A stretch of 64,000 nt of DNA from Actinomycetes bacterium (GCA_021785935.1 JAJYOG010000003.1:12829-76828); one strand, 5' to 3'. Shown: positions 14,070 to 24,689, counted from the first letter of the stretch. A program made the numbers and translations. The notes: a model not told the origin generated them from the letters alone.

Positions 14070-15725
14070 TCAATGTTTGCCGTAGCCGCCCCCACCTGGC
14101 GTTTCAACGCTGACAACGTCACCTGCTTCCAGTGACGCGGTCAGCTTGCCGGCGACTTCCTCCCCGTTGATCAGGTTTCTGCCGGTTGCACCCGGTTCTC
14201 CGCCCGCCGTCCCTCTTGGCGCATGGCGCCTGCGATCGGTCAGCAGTGATAACCTGGCCGGGGCCAGCAGCCGCAGCGAGCGGATGACGCCCTCGCCGCC
14301 CCGCCATACACCCACACCACCGGAACCTTCGCGAAACTCATAGCTCTCAACTCTTAGCGGAAAAGCCATCTCCAGCGCCTCGATGGGAGTATTGAGCGTA
14401 TTGGTCATACCCAGGTGGATGCCGCTGGCGCCATCACTGCCAGGACACGCCCCCGCGCCGCCGCCGATCGTCTCATAATAATTGAAACCGCCGGCTACGC
14501 CCTTGGAACCGGCGGCGCTCTTAAATCCGCCGGAGCCCCTGGACCCACCGCCCACGCTCACGTCTCCCGCTTCATCACTCCCCAGAGTCAGATTGTTCAT
14601 CGTGCCCTGCCCCTGCGCGGGAAGCGGCATAGCCTGTGACAAGGCCAGCAGCAGAGCATCGGTTATCCGCTGTGAGGTTTCAACATTGCCGGCGGCAACG
14701 GCGGCCGGCGGCCTGGCATTGACCAGCGATCCCTCCGGCGCCATGATTGTTAACGGTGCCAGGGAGCCCGCATTCGCGGGGATGTCAGGATCGGTCACCG
14801 CCCGCAGGACAAAGCAGCAAGCCGAGCGCGTCACCGGCATCGGGCAGTTGAGGTTTCCTTCTTCTTGTGGTGAAGTACCCTCGAAATCGACCACCAACTC
14901 CTCACCACGAATCGTCACTTTAACCGCAATAGTCAGATCGAGCCCATCGCGCTCAAGATAATCTTCGCCACGGTATTCACCGTCGGGCAGGCCGGATATA
15001 GCAGCGCGCATCCGGCGCTCGGCATAGGCAACCGCTTTGTCCATGGACGTGAGCGTTTCCAGAAGGCCATGCCGATCAATCAGCTCGAGCAGTCTGCGCT
15101 CGGCAATATGTCCTGCCCCCATTTGGGCGCGAAGATCACCCAGGCGCTCCTCCGGGCGCCGCATTTCTGACAGCAGCCCCTGAAGGAATTCCTCCTGTAA
15201 CCGGCCGGCAGCCATGAGCCGCGTCGGCGGAATGACAACCCCTTCCTCCTCCAGTGAAACGGATCCTGCGGGCATGCTCCCCGGTTCGATGCCGCCAACG
15301 TCGGCGTGATGGGCGCGGCTGGCGGCATAAGCGATAATTGTCGGCTTCCCGGCCCCGGTTCCCCCGGACACGGAGCTCGCGCCGGCGGTCGCGGCCTCCG
15401 GCGCGGAGATCGCGCTCACTATCGTGATATCCGGCAGGTGCGTACCGCCGCGAAAAGGATCGTTGAGGATGAAAACATCGCCTGGCTCCGGCTTCTCGGC
15501 GAGCACAGCCTTCACCGCATCCGGCATGGCTCCCAGATGCACAGGGATGTGTTCAGCCTGGGCGATCATGCGGCCGGAGACGTCGAAGAGCGCCGTCGAA
15601 CAGTCGCGCCGCTCCTTAATGTTGGTTGAATAGGCAGAGCGGATCAGCGACGCTCCCATCTCTTCGCAGATAGAGCGCAGCGCCGACTCAATCACCTGGA
15701 TGGTGATGGGATCGAACCCGCTCAT
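14070..15725 (-). CDS. hyuB: Hydantoinase B / oxoprolinase family protein
   Basis: 551 aa. The N-terminus DPITIQVIESALRSICEEMGASLIRSAYSTNIKERRDCSTALFD is typical of HyuB. Confidence 0.85.
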   Translation of the reverse strand: MSGFDPITIQVIESALRSICEEMGASLIRSAYSTNIKERRDCSTALFDVSGRMIAQAEHIPVHLGAMPDAVKAVLAEKPEPGDVFILNDPFRGGTHLPDITIVSAISAPEAATAGASSVSGGTGAGKPTIIAYAASRAHHADVGGIEPGSMPAGSVSLEEEGVVIPPTRLMAAGRLQEEFLQGLLSEMRRPEERLGDLRAQMGAGHIAERRLLELIDRHGLLETLTSMDKAVAYAERRMRAAISGLPDGEYRGEDYLERDGLDLTIAVKVTIRGEELVVDFEGTSPQEEGNLNCPMPVTRSACCFVLRAVTDPDIPANAGSLAPLTIMAPEGSLVNARPPAAVAAGNVETSQRITDALLLALSQAMPLPAQGQGTMNNLTLGSDEAGDVSVGGGSRGSGGFKSAAGSKGVAGGFNYYETIGGGAGACPGSDGASGIHLGMTNTLNTPIEALEMAFPLRVESYEFREGSGGVGVWRGGEGVIRSLRLLAPARLSLLTDRRRHAPRGTAGGEPGATGRNLINGEEVAGKLTASLEAGDVVSVETPGGGGYGKH

Positions 15726-17860
15726 TTATCCTTCTCCAGCCAAAGATTCCCGGCCTCGTCCAGCCTCGCCGACCAGCCGGGAGGCACTACCGTGGTCGCT
15801 TCGTCCTCCTCAATAACCGCCGGGCCGCGAACTATCTCCGTTCCCATCCCTGTGCGCTGCCAGATGCGGGCCTCAACCCAGGATCCATCAAAAAAAGCCT
15901 GCCTGGCCGTCGAGGCACCACTTTCACCGGCAACAGTTCCAAGCTCCGGCCTTTCCAGCGGCGTCAAAGCGGTCAGCCGGATATTGACCAGCTCCACCTG
16001 CTCGCCCGCCGCCCCGTATCCATAAAGTCTCTCGTGCTTACTTTCAAATGCCGCCGACAGGTCATCGCGGGAAAAGCTGCCGCCTAGTTCAACCGTGAGT
16101 TCGTGTGACTGGCCGCGATAGCGAAGATCGGCATGGCGGATGATCTTCATCCCGCCCGGTCGATCGGCTCCCTCATTCCCGGCAAATCCTTTGGCTTCCG
16201 GCGCGCCCTCATCTCCAGCTCCCTTGCCGACGACCCCGGCTTCAGCCTCCAGCCCCGCGAAAGCTTCCCGTAAGAAATCATCATCCCAAACGCCGGGCTT
16301 GTAGACGGTACGGACCCAATCCCGACGCTGATCGCCAACAACCATGCCCAGCGCCGAAAGGACGCCACAACTGTCGGGTAGAAGCACGTGCTCAATGCCT
16401 AACTCAGTCGCCAGATCGGCCCCGTGCATCGGCCCGGCGCCACCAAAAGCCACCAGCACAAACCGCCGCGGGTCATGCCCGCGCTCGACGCTGATTACCC
16501 TCAGAGCCTTAACCATCTCGGCGTTAGCCACCCGGCGAATCCCCATGGCAGCTTCCTCGAGAGTCATTTTCAGCATGCCGGCCAGCCTAGTCAGCGATCC
16601 TTCGGCCAGATCACGGTCGAGCGCCAGGCCGTCGCCGCCGAGCTTCGAACCCAGGTATCCCAGACAGAGGTTGGCGTCAGTGACCGTTGCCATATCCCCA
16701 CCCAGGCCGTAACATGCCGGACCCGGAGAGGCTCCGGCGCTTTCCGGACCCACCCTGAGGGCGCCGCCGGCATCGAGCCAGGCGATGGAACCGCCGCCAG
16801 CGCCGATTGTATGTATGTCCACCATGGGAAGCGCAACCGGAGAGCCGCCAATATCACGCCCGATGGTAGTCTCGGCGGTACCGCCGCGCACCAGGGTCAC
16901 GTCGGTGCTGGTGCCACCCATATCAAAAGCAATCATATTGTCAACTTGGCTGCGCCCGCCGGCAAACTCGGCTCCGACCACTCCGGCGGCCGGCCCCGAA
17001 AGCAAGAGTAGCGCTGCGTTCGAGGCAGCGCTCCGTAACGGGAGTACGCCACCGCTGGATTGCATAATCGCCGGCTCAGGCAGACCGGCCGCTGCGCTCT
17101 CCTCCCTAAGTCTGTCCAGATAGCAAGCCACTACGGGTGTCAGATATGCATCCACCGCCGTAGTGCTGAATCTTTCGTACTCACGAAACTGAGGCAGCAC
17201 CTTACTGGATATGGAAATGTGCGCCCCGGGGAGCCCTTGTCTCAGCGCGGTTTCCAGCCGGCGTTCATGGGATGGATCGAGGAAAGAAAAGAGCAGGCAG
17301 ACGGCGACCGCTTCGACACCGCGCCCGTCCGGATCGTCGTCCTCCCTGAAGTCTCGCAGCTCAGCAACAACCCGCTCAATTTCAGCGTCTGTCAGGCTTT
17401 CAATGACGCCCTCAGGGGCAACTCGTTCCCTGACCGTGGAGCGCAAAGTTCGAGGCACCAGCGGTTCCGGTCTTTGCGGACAAAGGTCATAGAGGCGAGG
17501 ACGGTTCTGACGGCCGATCTCGATTATGTCACGAAAGCCCTCGGTGGCAACCGATGCCGTCAACGCTCCTTTTCTTTCCAGGAGAGCATTAGTCGCCGTG
17601 GTCATGCCATGGGAAAAACCAGTGACCTTGTCAGCACTGAGGCCCGCCTTGGCTAAAACCATTTTCGCGGCGGCGAGCACGCCCTCGGACTGGTCGGGCG
17701 TCGTGGGAATCTTGGCACGGTAAAGAATACCTCCGGAAACAAGGACGGCATCAGTAAAGGTACCACCGACATCAATGCCAAGCAGAACCGGTTGCTGCCT
17801 GTTCACAGGTTCAGTGCTCACAGATTCCGGATGTATGCCAGAAAGTTCAGCGACTCCCAC
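15722..17860 (-). CDS. hyuA: Hydantoinase A / oxoprolinase family protein
   Basis: 712 aa. It has the GIDVGGTFTD ATPase motif, and its stop overlaps the hyuB start by 4 nt. Confidence 0.85.
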   Translation of the reverse strand: MGVAELSGIHPESVSTEPVNRQQPVLLGIDVGGTFTDAVLVSGGILYRAKIPTTPDQSEGVLAAAKMVLAKAGLSADKVTGFSHGMTTATNALLERKGALTASVATEGFRDIIEIGRQNRPRLYDLCPQRPEPLVPRTLRSTVRERVAPEGVIESLTDAEIERVVAELRDFREDDDPDGRGVEAVAVCLLFSFLDPSHERRLETALRQGLPGAHISISSKVLPQFREYERFSTTAVDAYLTPVVACYLDRLREESAAAGLPEPAIMQSSGGVLPLRSAASNAALLLLSGPAAGVVGAEFAGGRSQVDNMIAFDMGGTSTDVTLVRGGTAETTIGRDIGGSPVALPMVDIHTIGAGGGSIAWLDAGGALRVGPESAGASPGPACYGLGGDMATVTDANLCLGYLGSKLGGDGLALDRDLAEGSLTRLAGMLKMTLEEAAMGIRRVANAEMVKALRVISVERGHDPRRFVLVAFGGAGPMHGADLATELGIEHVLLPDSCGVLSALGMVVGDQRRDWVRTVYKPGVWDDDFLREAFAGLEAEAGVVGKGAGDEGAPEAKGFAGNEGADRPGGMKIIRHADLRYRGQSHELTVELGGSFSRDDLSAAFESKHERLYGYGAAGEQVELVNIRLTALTPLERPELGTVAGESGASTARQAFFDGSWVEARIWQRTGMGTEIVRGPAVIEEDEATTVVPPGWSARLDEAGNLWLEKDK

Positions 17861-19290
17861 ACGACCATCCAGAGCAGAAGTGCTTCAGCCATGAATCGCG
17901 CCCGCTCGCGCCACAAAAGCCGGTCGATACCGAACATGAGCAGGAAGGTGCCCATCGGCAGCAGGGGATAAAGATAACGGCCGGGAACACCGCCAATGCC
18001 CGACCCAAACGGAATCAAGATAATGACAAGCGCCCCGATCGCAAATGCGGTTACAATAAAATTGATGCTCATCCTGGCATCCGGCAATTCGCTTTGCCCG
18101 CCGCCACCTGGAAATTTTTCCCCACTCGCCTCGCCGCCGGCACCGCTCGAACCCGCCTCTATGCCAGCCGCCATTCCGTTCAGCCAGCCGCCCGGGCCAA
18201 AGTAATAATAGAGCACGCCTATTAATGCGACCGCTATCGCCGTGCCCGCCGCCATCCAGGCATAGGTCCAAAATGGAAAGGGAAAGATAGGCTCACCGAA
18301 CCAGAATGTGGGTAATAGCTCGTCGAGGCGCAGCGTACTGAAATTCAGCAGAGGTGACTCGAAAAAAGAAGACATGAGCGGCCGCGCCGCGCTGGCGCCG
18401 GTGGCATCTCCGTAGAGAGAAAAATTATGGGCCAGCCAGGGCGCCATGATCGCCGCCGCGACACCATAGATAATCCCCGCGTGCAACGCCACCCGCCCTA
18501 ACTTCCCGCGCTTGTAAATCAACAGGAATATCAGAGCCGCCGCCGCGGCCGGCAACAGAAAGATTGTTGTCATCTTTGTGAGCAACGCCGCACCGATCAG
18601 GGTACCGGCCGCCAGAGATCTTTTCCAGGCAAGACCACGCACGACAAGACGCAACAATATAAGCACGGCCGTAGCGGCCAGCGGGACCGCCAGCGCGTCA
18701 TTGGTAATCTGGGACATGTTGAGCGCGTAACCTTGCGTCAGCAGCATTGCCACCGGTGCTCCGTAAATCGCGAGGCGGTTGCCGGGGCTGGCTTCGCGCG
18801 CCGTTAACCAGGTAATGGGCACCATGGCCGAAGCCAGCAGAGCCGCCAGCAACCTCATGCCATAGAGCTTCACGAAAGGATCGTCCGGCAGGGCTGCGTA
18901 AACCGGTGCATTGACCATATAGTATAAAGGTGGTTGCATTGCCTCATAGCCGAAATACCAGAGGTTGCGCCGCACCCATCGTTCCTTGTCCAGGCCCCCG
19001 AGATCACCGGGCAGTGTGGTCCACAAGGCGGGATCAAGATCCGCCGGTGTCGATAGAACGCCCGCCGGCCGCCATCCCCATTGATTGGACTTCACAGAAA
19101 CGTCGACAACATCCTGGGAAATAAAGTCCTTCCCTTCGACCGGAAGCGACAGGTTCTCCGCCACGTATTGCACATAATCGTAGTGTTGCGCCTCATCCAC
19201 CCGGCTCCAGACCGGCTGGATGAAAGCAAAGATGATCCCAAGCGCCATTAATAGCAGCCACAAGCTGAAGATGACCCTGCGTTCCCTCAC
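17818..19290 (-). CDS. Polytopic membrane protein, GT-C fold glycosyltransferase-like (family 39/ArnT-like)
   Basis: 490 aa with many hydrophobic helices and a periplasmic-loop-type N-terminal region. The assignment rests on overall architecture only. Confidence 0.5.
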   Translation of the reverse strand: MRERRVIFSLWLLLMALGIIFAFIQPVWSRVDEAQHYDYVQYVAENLSLPVEGKDFISQDVVDVSVKSNQWGWRPAGVLSTPADLDPALWTTLPGDLGGLDKERWVRRNLWYFGYEAMQPPLYYMVNAPVYAALPDDPFVKLYGMRLLAALLASAMVPITWLTAREASPGNRLAIYGAPVAMLLTQGYALNMSQITNDALAVPLAATAVLILLRLVVRGLAWKRSLAAGTLIGAALLTKMTTIFLLPAAAAALIFLLIYKRGKLGRVALHAGIIYGVAAAIMAPWLAHNFSLYGDATGASAARPLMSSFFESPLLNFSTLRLDELLPTFWFGEPIFPFPFWTYAWMAAGTAIAVALIGVLYYYFGPGGWLNGMAAGIEAGSSGAGGEASGEKFPGGGGQSELPDARMSINFIVTAFAIGALVIILIPFGSGIGGVPGRYLYPLLPMGTFLLMFGIDRLLWRERARFMAEALLLWMVVWESLNFLAYIRNL

Positions 19291-19328
19291 TTAATAAACC
19301 TTTCGTTTCATCATAATGCACCCGGCCT

Positions 19329-20459
19329 TCATGCGACCCATCTGCCTGTGACAAACGCCGCCGTAGCTATCGCAAGCAAAATCAGAGACAACGTCGAAAT
19401 GGCAATAAGCACCTTTCGCTTTCGGGAAAAAAGAGCTAACAGGATGAACATGGGAAATACTACCAGCAAGTAGCGGCTCATGGACTTGGTCGTCCCTCCG
19501 GTTAGCGGTAGCAGCAGGCTCATAACCATGTACAGGGTATATGACCCCGGAAGCTTCTTGACCGCGACCAGCGTCAGCACGACGATCAGCGCCGTCGCCG
19601 GCAGTTCGTATATCACCCACGTTTCAGACTGATTAATCAGGAAGGATAAGTCGTGTGTGAAGCTTCCCACAATCGGAGTCAGTTCGTGGCCCCAACCGGT
19701 TGCCTGGGTCTCGGCAAATGCCAGAGGGCGGTCAAATCCAAAGAAAAGATAGACCATATAGATGAAAATGCCACCGGGCACCAGCGACAGCCACAGCACC
19801 GCCGGCCTCACCTTTTTCAGACTGAAGTTTTTCTGCGAGAGATACTCCCACGCCAGCGGCAACACCAGTAACAGCCCGGTGATACGCGTAAGCGATGCCA
19901 AAAGTCCCCACATCCCCGCCATGGCCCAGCGCCCTTTTCTGGCGTAATAAAAGGCGGCGACGCTGTTCAGTAAAAACAGGGATTCGGTGTAAAGGGTCGT
20001 GAAAAAAACGGATGTCGGAAAAATGGCTAGCAGCCAGACGGCGCGCCGGGCGGTATCTTCACCGTAGTCGTCCTTCACCAGCCTGTAAAGGAAACACATG
20101 CCCACGAAAAGATAGGCGGACGAAAGAATCAGGCCCGCCCCAAGATAACGGCCACCCAATACCCAGCCAAAGCCCTTGACGGTCAGGGGATAGAGAGGAA
20201 AGAAGGCGACGTTGGATTGGTCTCCTTGCACCCACTGATAGCCGTCGGTAATAATCGACATGTACCATTGAGCATCCCACTGATACCAGATGGAAAGGTA
20301 TCCGGGCGGCCCTTCGGCCAGAGGTGCGGAAATTCCCCCGTGTGCGGAGGAAAGTAGAAAAAAACCAAGGGCGGCAAAGAGAGCGACCAGAGCCCGACTC
20401 ACTGTGAATGACCTGAGCACTGATTTTAACATCGAAAAACCTCTTGGGTGCAGCTGCAA
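19329..20459 (-). CDS. GT-C mannosyltransferase-like membrane protein (PIG-V / Mannosyl_trans2-like)
   Basis: WYQWDAQWYMSIITDGYQW...VAFFPLYPL is the motif characteristic of this family. Confidence 0.6.
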   Translation of the reverse strand: MQLHPRGFSMLKSVLRSFTVSRALVALFAALGFFLLSSAHGGISAPLAEGPPGYLSIWYQWDAQWYMSIITDGYQWVQGDQSNVAFFPLYPLTVKGFGWVLGGRYLGAGLILSSAYLFVGMCFLYRLVKDDYGEDTARRAVWLLAIFPTSVFFTTLYTESLFLLNSVAAFYYARKGRWAMAGMWGLLASLTRITGLLLVLPLAWEYLSQKNFSLKKVRPAVLWLSLVPGGIFIYMVYLFFGFDRPLAFAETQATGWGHELTPIVGSFTHDLSFLINQSETWVIYELPATALIVVLTLVAVKKLPGSYTLYMVMSLLLPLTGGTTKSMSRYLLVVFPMFILLALFSRKRKVLIAISTLSLILLAIATAAFVTGRWVA

Positions 20460-20558
20460 TGATCAATCCAGCAGAGAAACCGGTTGCAGCCAGTTAAGTT
20501 GATGATGTTAGAAAGGACACGGGTGAAAGTCAACCAGCGCGCCAAACTTCCCGGGTGA

Positions 20559-21374
20559 ATGAAACCAGGCGCTAAGCGACAGGCACGTTTGCCAACAAGC
20601 CATCGGACCGCTACTATCCCAATCATGCAGCCCCGCGAGTACGACATCATGTATGACCTCGAAACCACCTACTGGTGGCACACCGGCATGATGGCGATCA
20701 TGGACCAGATCCTCAGTCCCACCTTCGGGCTCGTCTCAAAGTTACTCGATATCGGCTGCGGCACGGGCGCCAAAATGAAGATACTCAGCCGCCATGCGGA
20801 AGTCTGGGGCATCGATATGCATCCGCGGGCCATCGAACTCTGCAAGCAACGCGGCCTCGCCAACGTTCAGATCGGTGACGCCACGGCGCTTCCCTTCGCG
20901 GATGAGACCTTCACCCACGCTATCTGCTGCGAGGTGCTGCAAAACCTGCCGGATGACGCGGCCGGCATCAAGGACGCATTTCGCGTACTCAAACCTGGAG
21001 GTTATTACTATGTCTCCGAGCAGGCTTATCCCCTACTCCGCAGCCAGCATGACATCTCACAGGGCGCCGTGCGCCGTTACACCCGGCGCCGGCTTAGGAC
21101 CCTGCTTGAGACAGCAGGCTTTGAGGTAGAGAGAATAACCAGCGCCAACACAACCCTGTTCCCGCTGATGGCGGCGGTAAGGTTGACCAGCAAGGCGCTA
21201 CACCCGCCGTCAAAGGTGATGCCTGAAGCTTCCCGCTCGGACCTCAAGCCGCTCCCGGGACCGGTGAACTCCCTCTTGCGCTCTGTCCTTGAAGCTGAAC
21301 GGGCATTGATCGGGAAAGTTAATTTACCCTACGGCCTGACGATCATCACACTCGCACGCAAACCTGAGGCATAA
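20559..21374 (+). CDS. Class I SAM-dependent methyltransferase
   Basis: Motif I is LLDIGCGTGAK. There is a post-I acidic residue and motif LKPGGYYY. The true start is probably the internal Met (MQPREYDI). Confidence 0.75.
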   Translation: MKPGAKRQARLPTSHRTATIPIMQPREYDIMYDLETTYWWHTGMMAIMDQILSPTFGLVSKLLDIGCGTGAKMKILSRHAEVWGIDMHPRAIELCKQRGLANVQIGDATALPFADETFTHAICCEVLQNLPDDAAGIKDAFRVLKPGGYYYVSEQAYPLLRSQHDISQGAVRRYTRRRLRTLLETAGFEVERITSANTTLFPLMAAVRLTSKALHPPSKVMPEASRSDLKPLPGPVNSLLRSVLEAERALIGKVNLPYGLTIITLARKPEA

Positions 21375-21422
21375 AAAAACCGGCTTCCGGCCGGCGAGTT
21401 CCATTTGCCTTGGACCGAGCCG

Positions 21423-22853
21423 TTATTTCTCCAGCACCTTCTCCTCATGGTATTCCTTTTCAGCGTTGACGTCCCAGACGTCATGTGATTCTCCCAGAAT
21501 ATTGCGCGCGGCGAGGATGCCGGTCTTCATCGAATGGTCCATATTGTTGTACTTGTAAGTGCCATAGCGGCCGATGATCTCCAGATTGTCAAAGGTGTCT
21601 ATATATTCACGGATCTTGTTGAGCGGTTCCCGATAACCAAGCTCGTACGACGGATATGCTTTGGGCACCCGCACGACGAAAGCGTCGAGGACCTCTTCCT
21701 TTTTCAGGAAACCAAGCCGGCGGCCAAGGTCGTCTACGGTAAGGTCGATGAGATCCTTGTCGTCCATGTCCCAGATCTCATCCCCCTCGAAACAGAAATA
21801 TTCGGCTACGATAGAGCTCTTGCCCTCCGGCGCCATCGCCTTGCTCCAGTTCTTTGGTTCGTGTATCCTCCCCAATTTGAACGAAGGGTCATGGATGTAA
21901 ATCCAGGTCTGATCGGTCACCTCAGGCTTGTCAATCATCAGGTTCACGGTTACGAGGTCACGGTAGCGTAAATTGTGCGCCGCCTCGATCACGTCGGCGG
22001 GAGCTTCCGGCCTCATAGCCAGTACCAGCTCTGTTAGCGGCATGCTGGAGCAAAGGTCATTTAGCTCGAGGCTGTACGGCTCTTCATCCGTTTCGACATC
22101 GATAGAGGTAATGTGCCCGCCTTCGTGATTAACGGCCTTCACCCGCGAGTGCATCCGTACTTCATTGCCCAGCTTTTCCACGTCCTCAGCCAGGCGTTCG
22201 CTGATGCGGCCGATCCCTAGCCGCGGATAGAGGAACTTGTCGATGAGGGTCGCCACCTTGCCGTTCTTCTGCGGGAATAGCGCGTCCTTGATCGCTACAC
22301 GAAGCGACAGGCCCTTGATGCGCTGTGCCGCCCATTCAGCCTCGATCCGGCTGCAATCGATACCCCATACCTTCTCTGTGTAATTTTTAAAGAAGAGCTT
22401 GTACAGCTGGCGGCCGAACTCATTGCTTACCCAGTCCTCGAATGACACGATCTCCGGCTTGCCGAAGAAGTTACGAACCTTGACGTAACCGTAGTCGCCA
22501 ATGCATTTGGCGGTTGTGCCGATGCCCATGCCGAAAAGTGCGTTGCTGGGCTTGAGGGGATAATCGAAGAATTTGCCATCGTAATAGATCTTGCTGGAAC
22601 GGTTGACCCAGATAGCCTCGTCGCCAAGGATGCGTTTGAAAAATTCGTCTACTTCCTCATCCTTGGTAAAGAAACGGTGGCCGCCAATGTCAAAGCGAAA
22701 GCCGTCACGCACGATGGTGCGCGAGATACCGCCGACCTGATCGCTCATCTCCAGGACGGCAGTATCTTTATGATTTTCACTTAAAACAAACGCGGCGCTT
22801 AAACCGGCCGGGCCTGCGCCGATTACCGCCACGTCGATGTTGGTCTTGGTCAC
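21423..22853 (-). CDS. FAD/NAD(P)-binding oxidoreductase (amine oxidase / UDP-galactopyranose-mutase-like fold)
   Basis: The N-terminal dinucleotide fold is DVAVIGAGPAGLSAAFVL...E. 476 aa. Confidence 0.7.
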   Translation of the reverse strand: MTKTNIDVAVIGAGPAGLSAAFVLSENHKDTAVLEMSDQVGGISRTIVRDGFRFDIGGHRFFTKDEEVDEFFKRILGDEAIWVNRSSKIYYDGKFFDYPLKPSNALFGMGIGTTAKCIGDYGYVKVRNFFGKPEIVSFEDWVSNEFGRQLYKLFFKNYTEKVWGIDCSRIEAEWAAQRIKGLSLRVAIKDALFPQKNGKVATLIDKFLYPRLGIGRISERLAEDVEKLGNEVRMHSRVKAVNHEGGHITSIDVETDEEPYSLELNDLCSSMPLTELVLAMRPEAPADVIEAAHNLRYRDLVTVNLMIDKPEVTDQTWIYIHDPSFKLGRIHEPKNWSKAMAPEGKSSIVAEYFCFEGDEIWDMDDKDLIDLTVDDLGRRLGFLKKEEVLDAFVVRVPKAYPSYELGYREPLNKIREYIDTFDNLEIIGRYGTYKYNNMDHSMKTGILAARNILGESHDVWDVNAEKEYHEEKVLEK

Positions 22854-23310
22854 TGGGAATCTCCGTCATGGCCGCAAATGCCCGTCTTTCCCTCTCGGTT
22901 ATGAAAAATGGAACGATCAGGAAGGGGTTAGCGGCGCTCCGCCGATGTGAGGTAATTATAACTTTTGGCGGGATAAGCAACAAGCAAACTACGTAAGAGG
23001 TTTGTAAAGAAGGGATTTTAGGGAAAAGATGAGCCCGTAGGTGGGGGGAGGCTAAACTCACAACCTACGGGCTCCCTTTTAGGGCGGAGGCGTTCGCCTC
23101 CTGTCCTGTTTGTGGGTGTTTCAACACATTTATCGACGCCCGGAAAGGTATCCTTTAGAAATCCAAGAAATATGCTTCTGTAAGTAAGAAAAATTTGCGA
23201 ATCCAACTCGAAAACCAGTAGCGCGTCGCGGACACCGGCTAACCCTACCTGATATTGTTGTAGGCAACACCGGCCAGACGAAAGCCGGCAGACAACCCAA
23301 GGAGACAGAC

Positions 23311-23634
23311 ATGCCTGATAATGGAGGGAACGGTGGCCAGGGACCGCAGGTCAAAGTTCAGGTCCCGGCCGACATCCAGCGTGGCGTCTACGCCAATATG
23401 GCGCGCGTCAATCATTCCGAATTTGAATTCTCTATCGATTTCGCCAATGCCGATTTCGCCGGTCAAGACCCGGCCGGCAATATTCCGGCCGTCGTTGTTT
23501 CACGAATCATGATCAGCCACGAGTTCATGCCCCACCTCCTGGATGCTCTTCAGGAAAACTACAGCCGCTTTCTCACGCGGCGCGACATTAAGGGCCTGCC
23601 GGAGACCGATGAACCCGAGGATGACTCCCAGTAG
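23311..23634 (+). CDS. DUF3467-like small protein
   Basis: VQVPADIQRGVYANMARVNHSEFEFSIDFANA matches my memory of the DUF3467 signature. Confidence 0.55.
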   Translation: MPDNGGNGGQGPQVKVQVPADIQRGVYANMARVNHSEFEFSIDFANADFAGQDPAGNIPAVVVSRIMISHEFMPHLLDALQENYSRFLTRRDIKGLPETDEPEDDSQ

Positions 23635-23640
23635 CCCTGG

Positions 23641-23979
23641 TTGAGTACATCCGCGGAAACGGTAATGAATAAACGAACCGCTATGTCAGACAGTCATTTA
23701 AAACATTATGAGGGGGAAGACCGGGGCAAGATCATGCTCTTTACGCTGAGCACCTGCATGTGGTACCGCAAGACCAAAGAGCTCCTCGGCGACCTGGGCG
23801 TCGCCTTCGATTGGGTTGATGTCGACCTCCTCGACCCATCCGACCGCGATACGATTACCGGAGAGATTAAAAAATGGAACCCCGCCAATACCTTCCCCAC
23901 AGTCGTAATCAATGATGAAAAGTGTATCGTGGGCTATGAGCCCGACCAGATTCAGTCAGAGCTTCATAAATGGAAGTAG
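23641..23979 (+). CDS. Glutaredoxin-like thioredoxin-fold protein with a CxxY (monothiol) site
   Basis: IMLFTLSTCMWYRKTKELLGDLGVAFDWVDVD...TFPTVVINDEKCIVGY. CMWY occupies the position where CPWC is usual. Confidence 0.6.
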   Translation: MSTSAETVMNKRTAMSDSHLKHYEGEDRGKIMLFTLSTCMWYRKTKELLGDLGVAFDWVDVDLLDPSDRDTITGEIKKWNPANTFPTVVINDEKCIVGYEPDQIQSELHKWK

Positions 23980-24012
23980 AGGCTGGAGCGCGGAAGAGAG
24001 GCATCGGGGCGC

Positions 24013-24576
24013 ATGGATGAAAACGCGGCAGAAATATCCCTAAAAGACATAGAAGAGTATTATCTGCGCCTCAAGGGTGACGCGGAAAAATCAGGGTATC
24101 ACCTGAATCCGGAGCTTGAAGCAACGAAAGATCTCGTCCGCGGGCTGATGGTAAACGAGAAGCGCTTTGGTTATCCATCCTGCCCTTGCCGCCTGGCCGC
24201 CGGCCATTTTCAGGAAGACCTCGACATCATTTGCCCCTGTGACTATCGCGATCCCGACCTCGATGAATATGGAATGTGTTTCTGCGCCCTCTACGTGGCC
24301 GGCGAAGTCTTCGCCGGGATAAAAAAGGTTGCCCCTATCCCCGAGCGCCGGCCTCCTCTTGAAGAGCGCCAGCAAATGAACCAGGGAGGACGGGCCGAAG
24401 GCGGAGCTGGAACAAACGCTTCCGGTTCAGCGGGAGGAACCGGCGAACCCAGGACCGCTCTGAGCAAACCGGTCTGGCGCTGCCGCGTCTGCGGCTACCT
24501 TTGTGCCAGAGATGAACCACCAGAGAGGTGCCCCATCTGCAAAGCGCAGAGGGAGCACTTCGAGAGGTTCATGTAA
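24013..24576 (+). CDS. Ferredoxin:thioredoxin-reductase catalytic-subunit-like domain fused to a C-terminal rubredoxin
   Basis: FTR motifs are YPSCPCR...IICPCDY...GMCFCALY. The rubredoxin knuckles are WRCRVCGY...PERCPICKA. Confidence 0.75.
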   Translation: MDENAAEISLKDIEEYYLRLKGDAEKSGYHLNPELEATKDLVRGLMVNEKRFGYPSCPCRLAAGHFQEDLDIICPCDYRDPDLDEYGMCFCALYVAGEVFAGIKKVAPIPERRPPLEERQQMNQGGRAEGGAGTNASGSAGGTGEPRTALSKPVWRCRVCGYLCARDEPPERCPICKAQREHFERFM

Positions 24577-24689
24577 ATACTGATTGTCAACTGATGACGC
24601 AATCGCCGGCTACAAGTTCCCAAAATTATTCCTCGCGAAATTCGATATAATTTCCGTGGCCCAATTGGAATCGGAAGACGGAGCGAATA

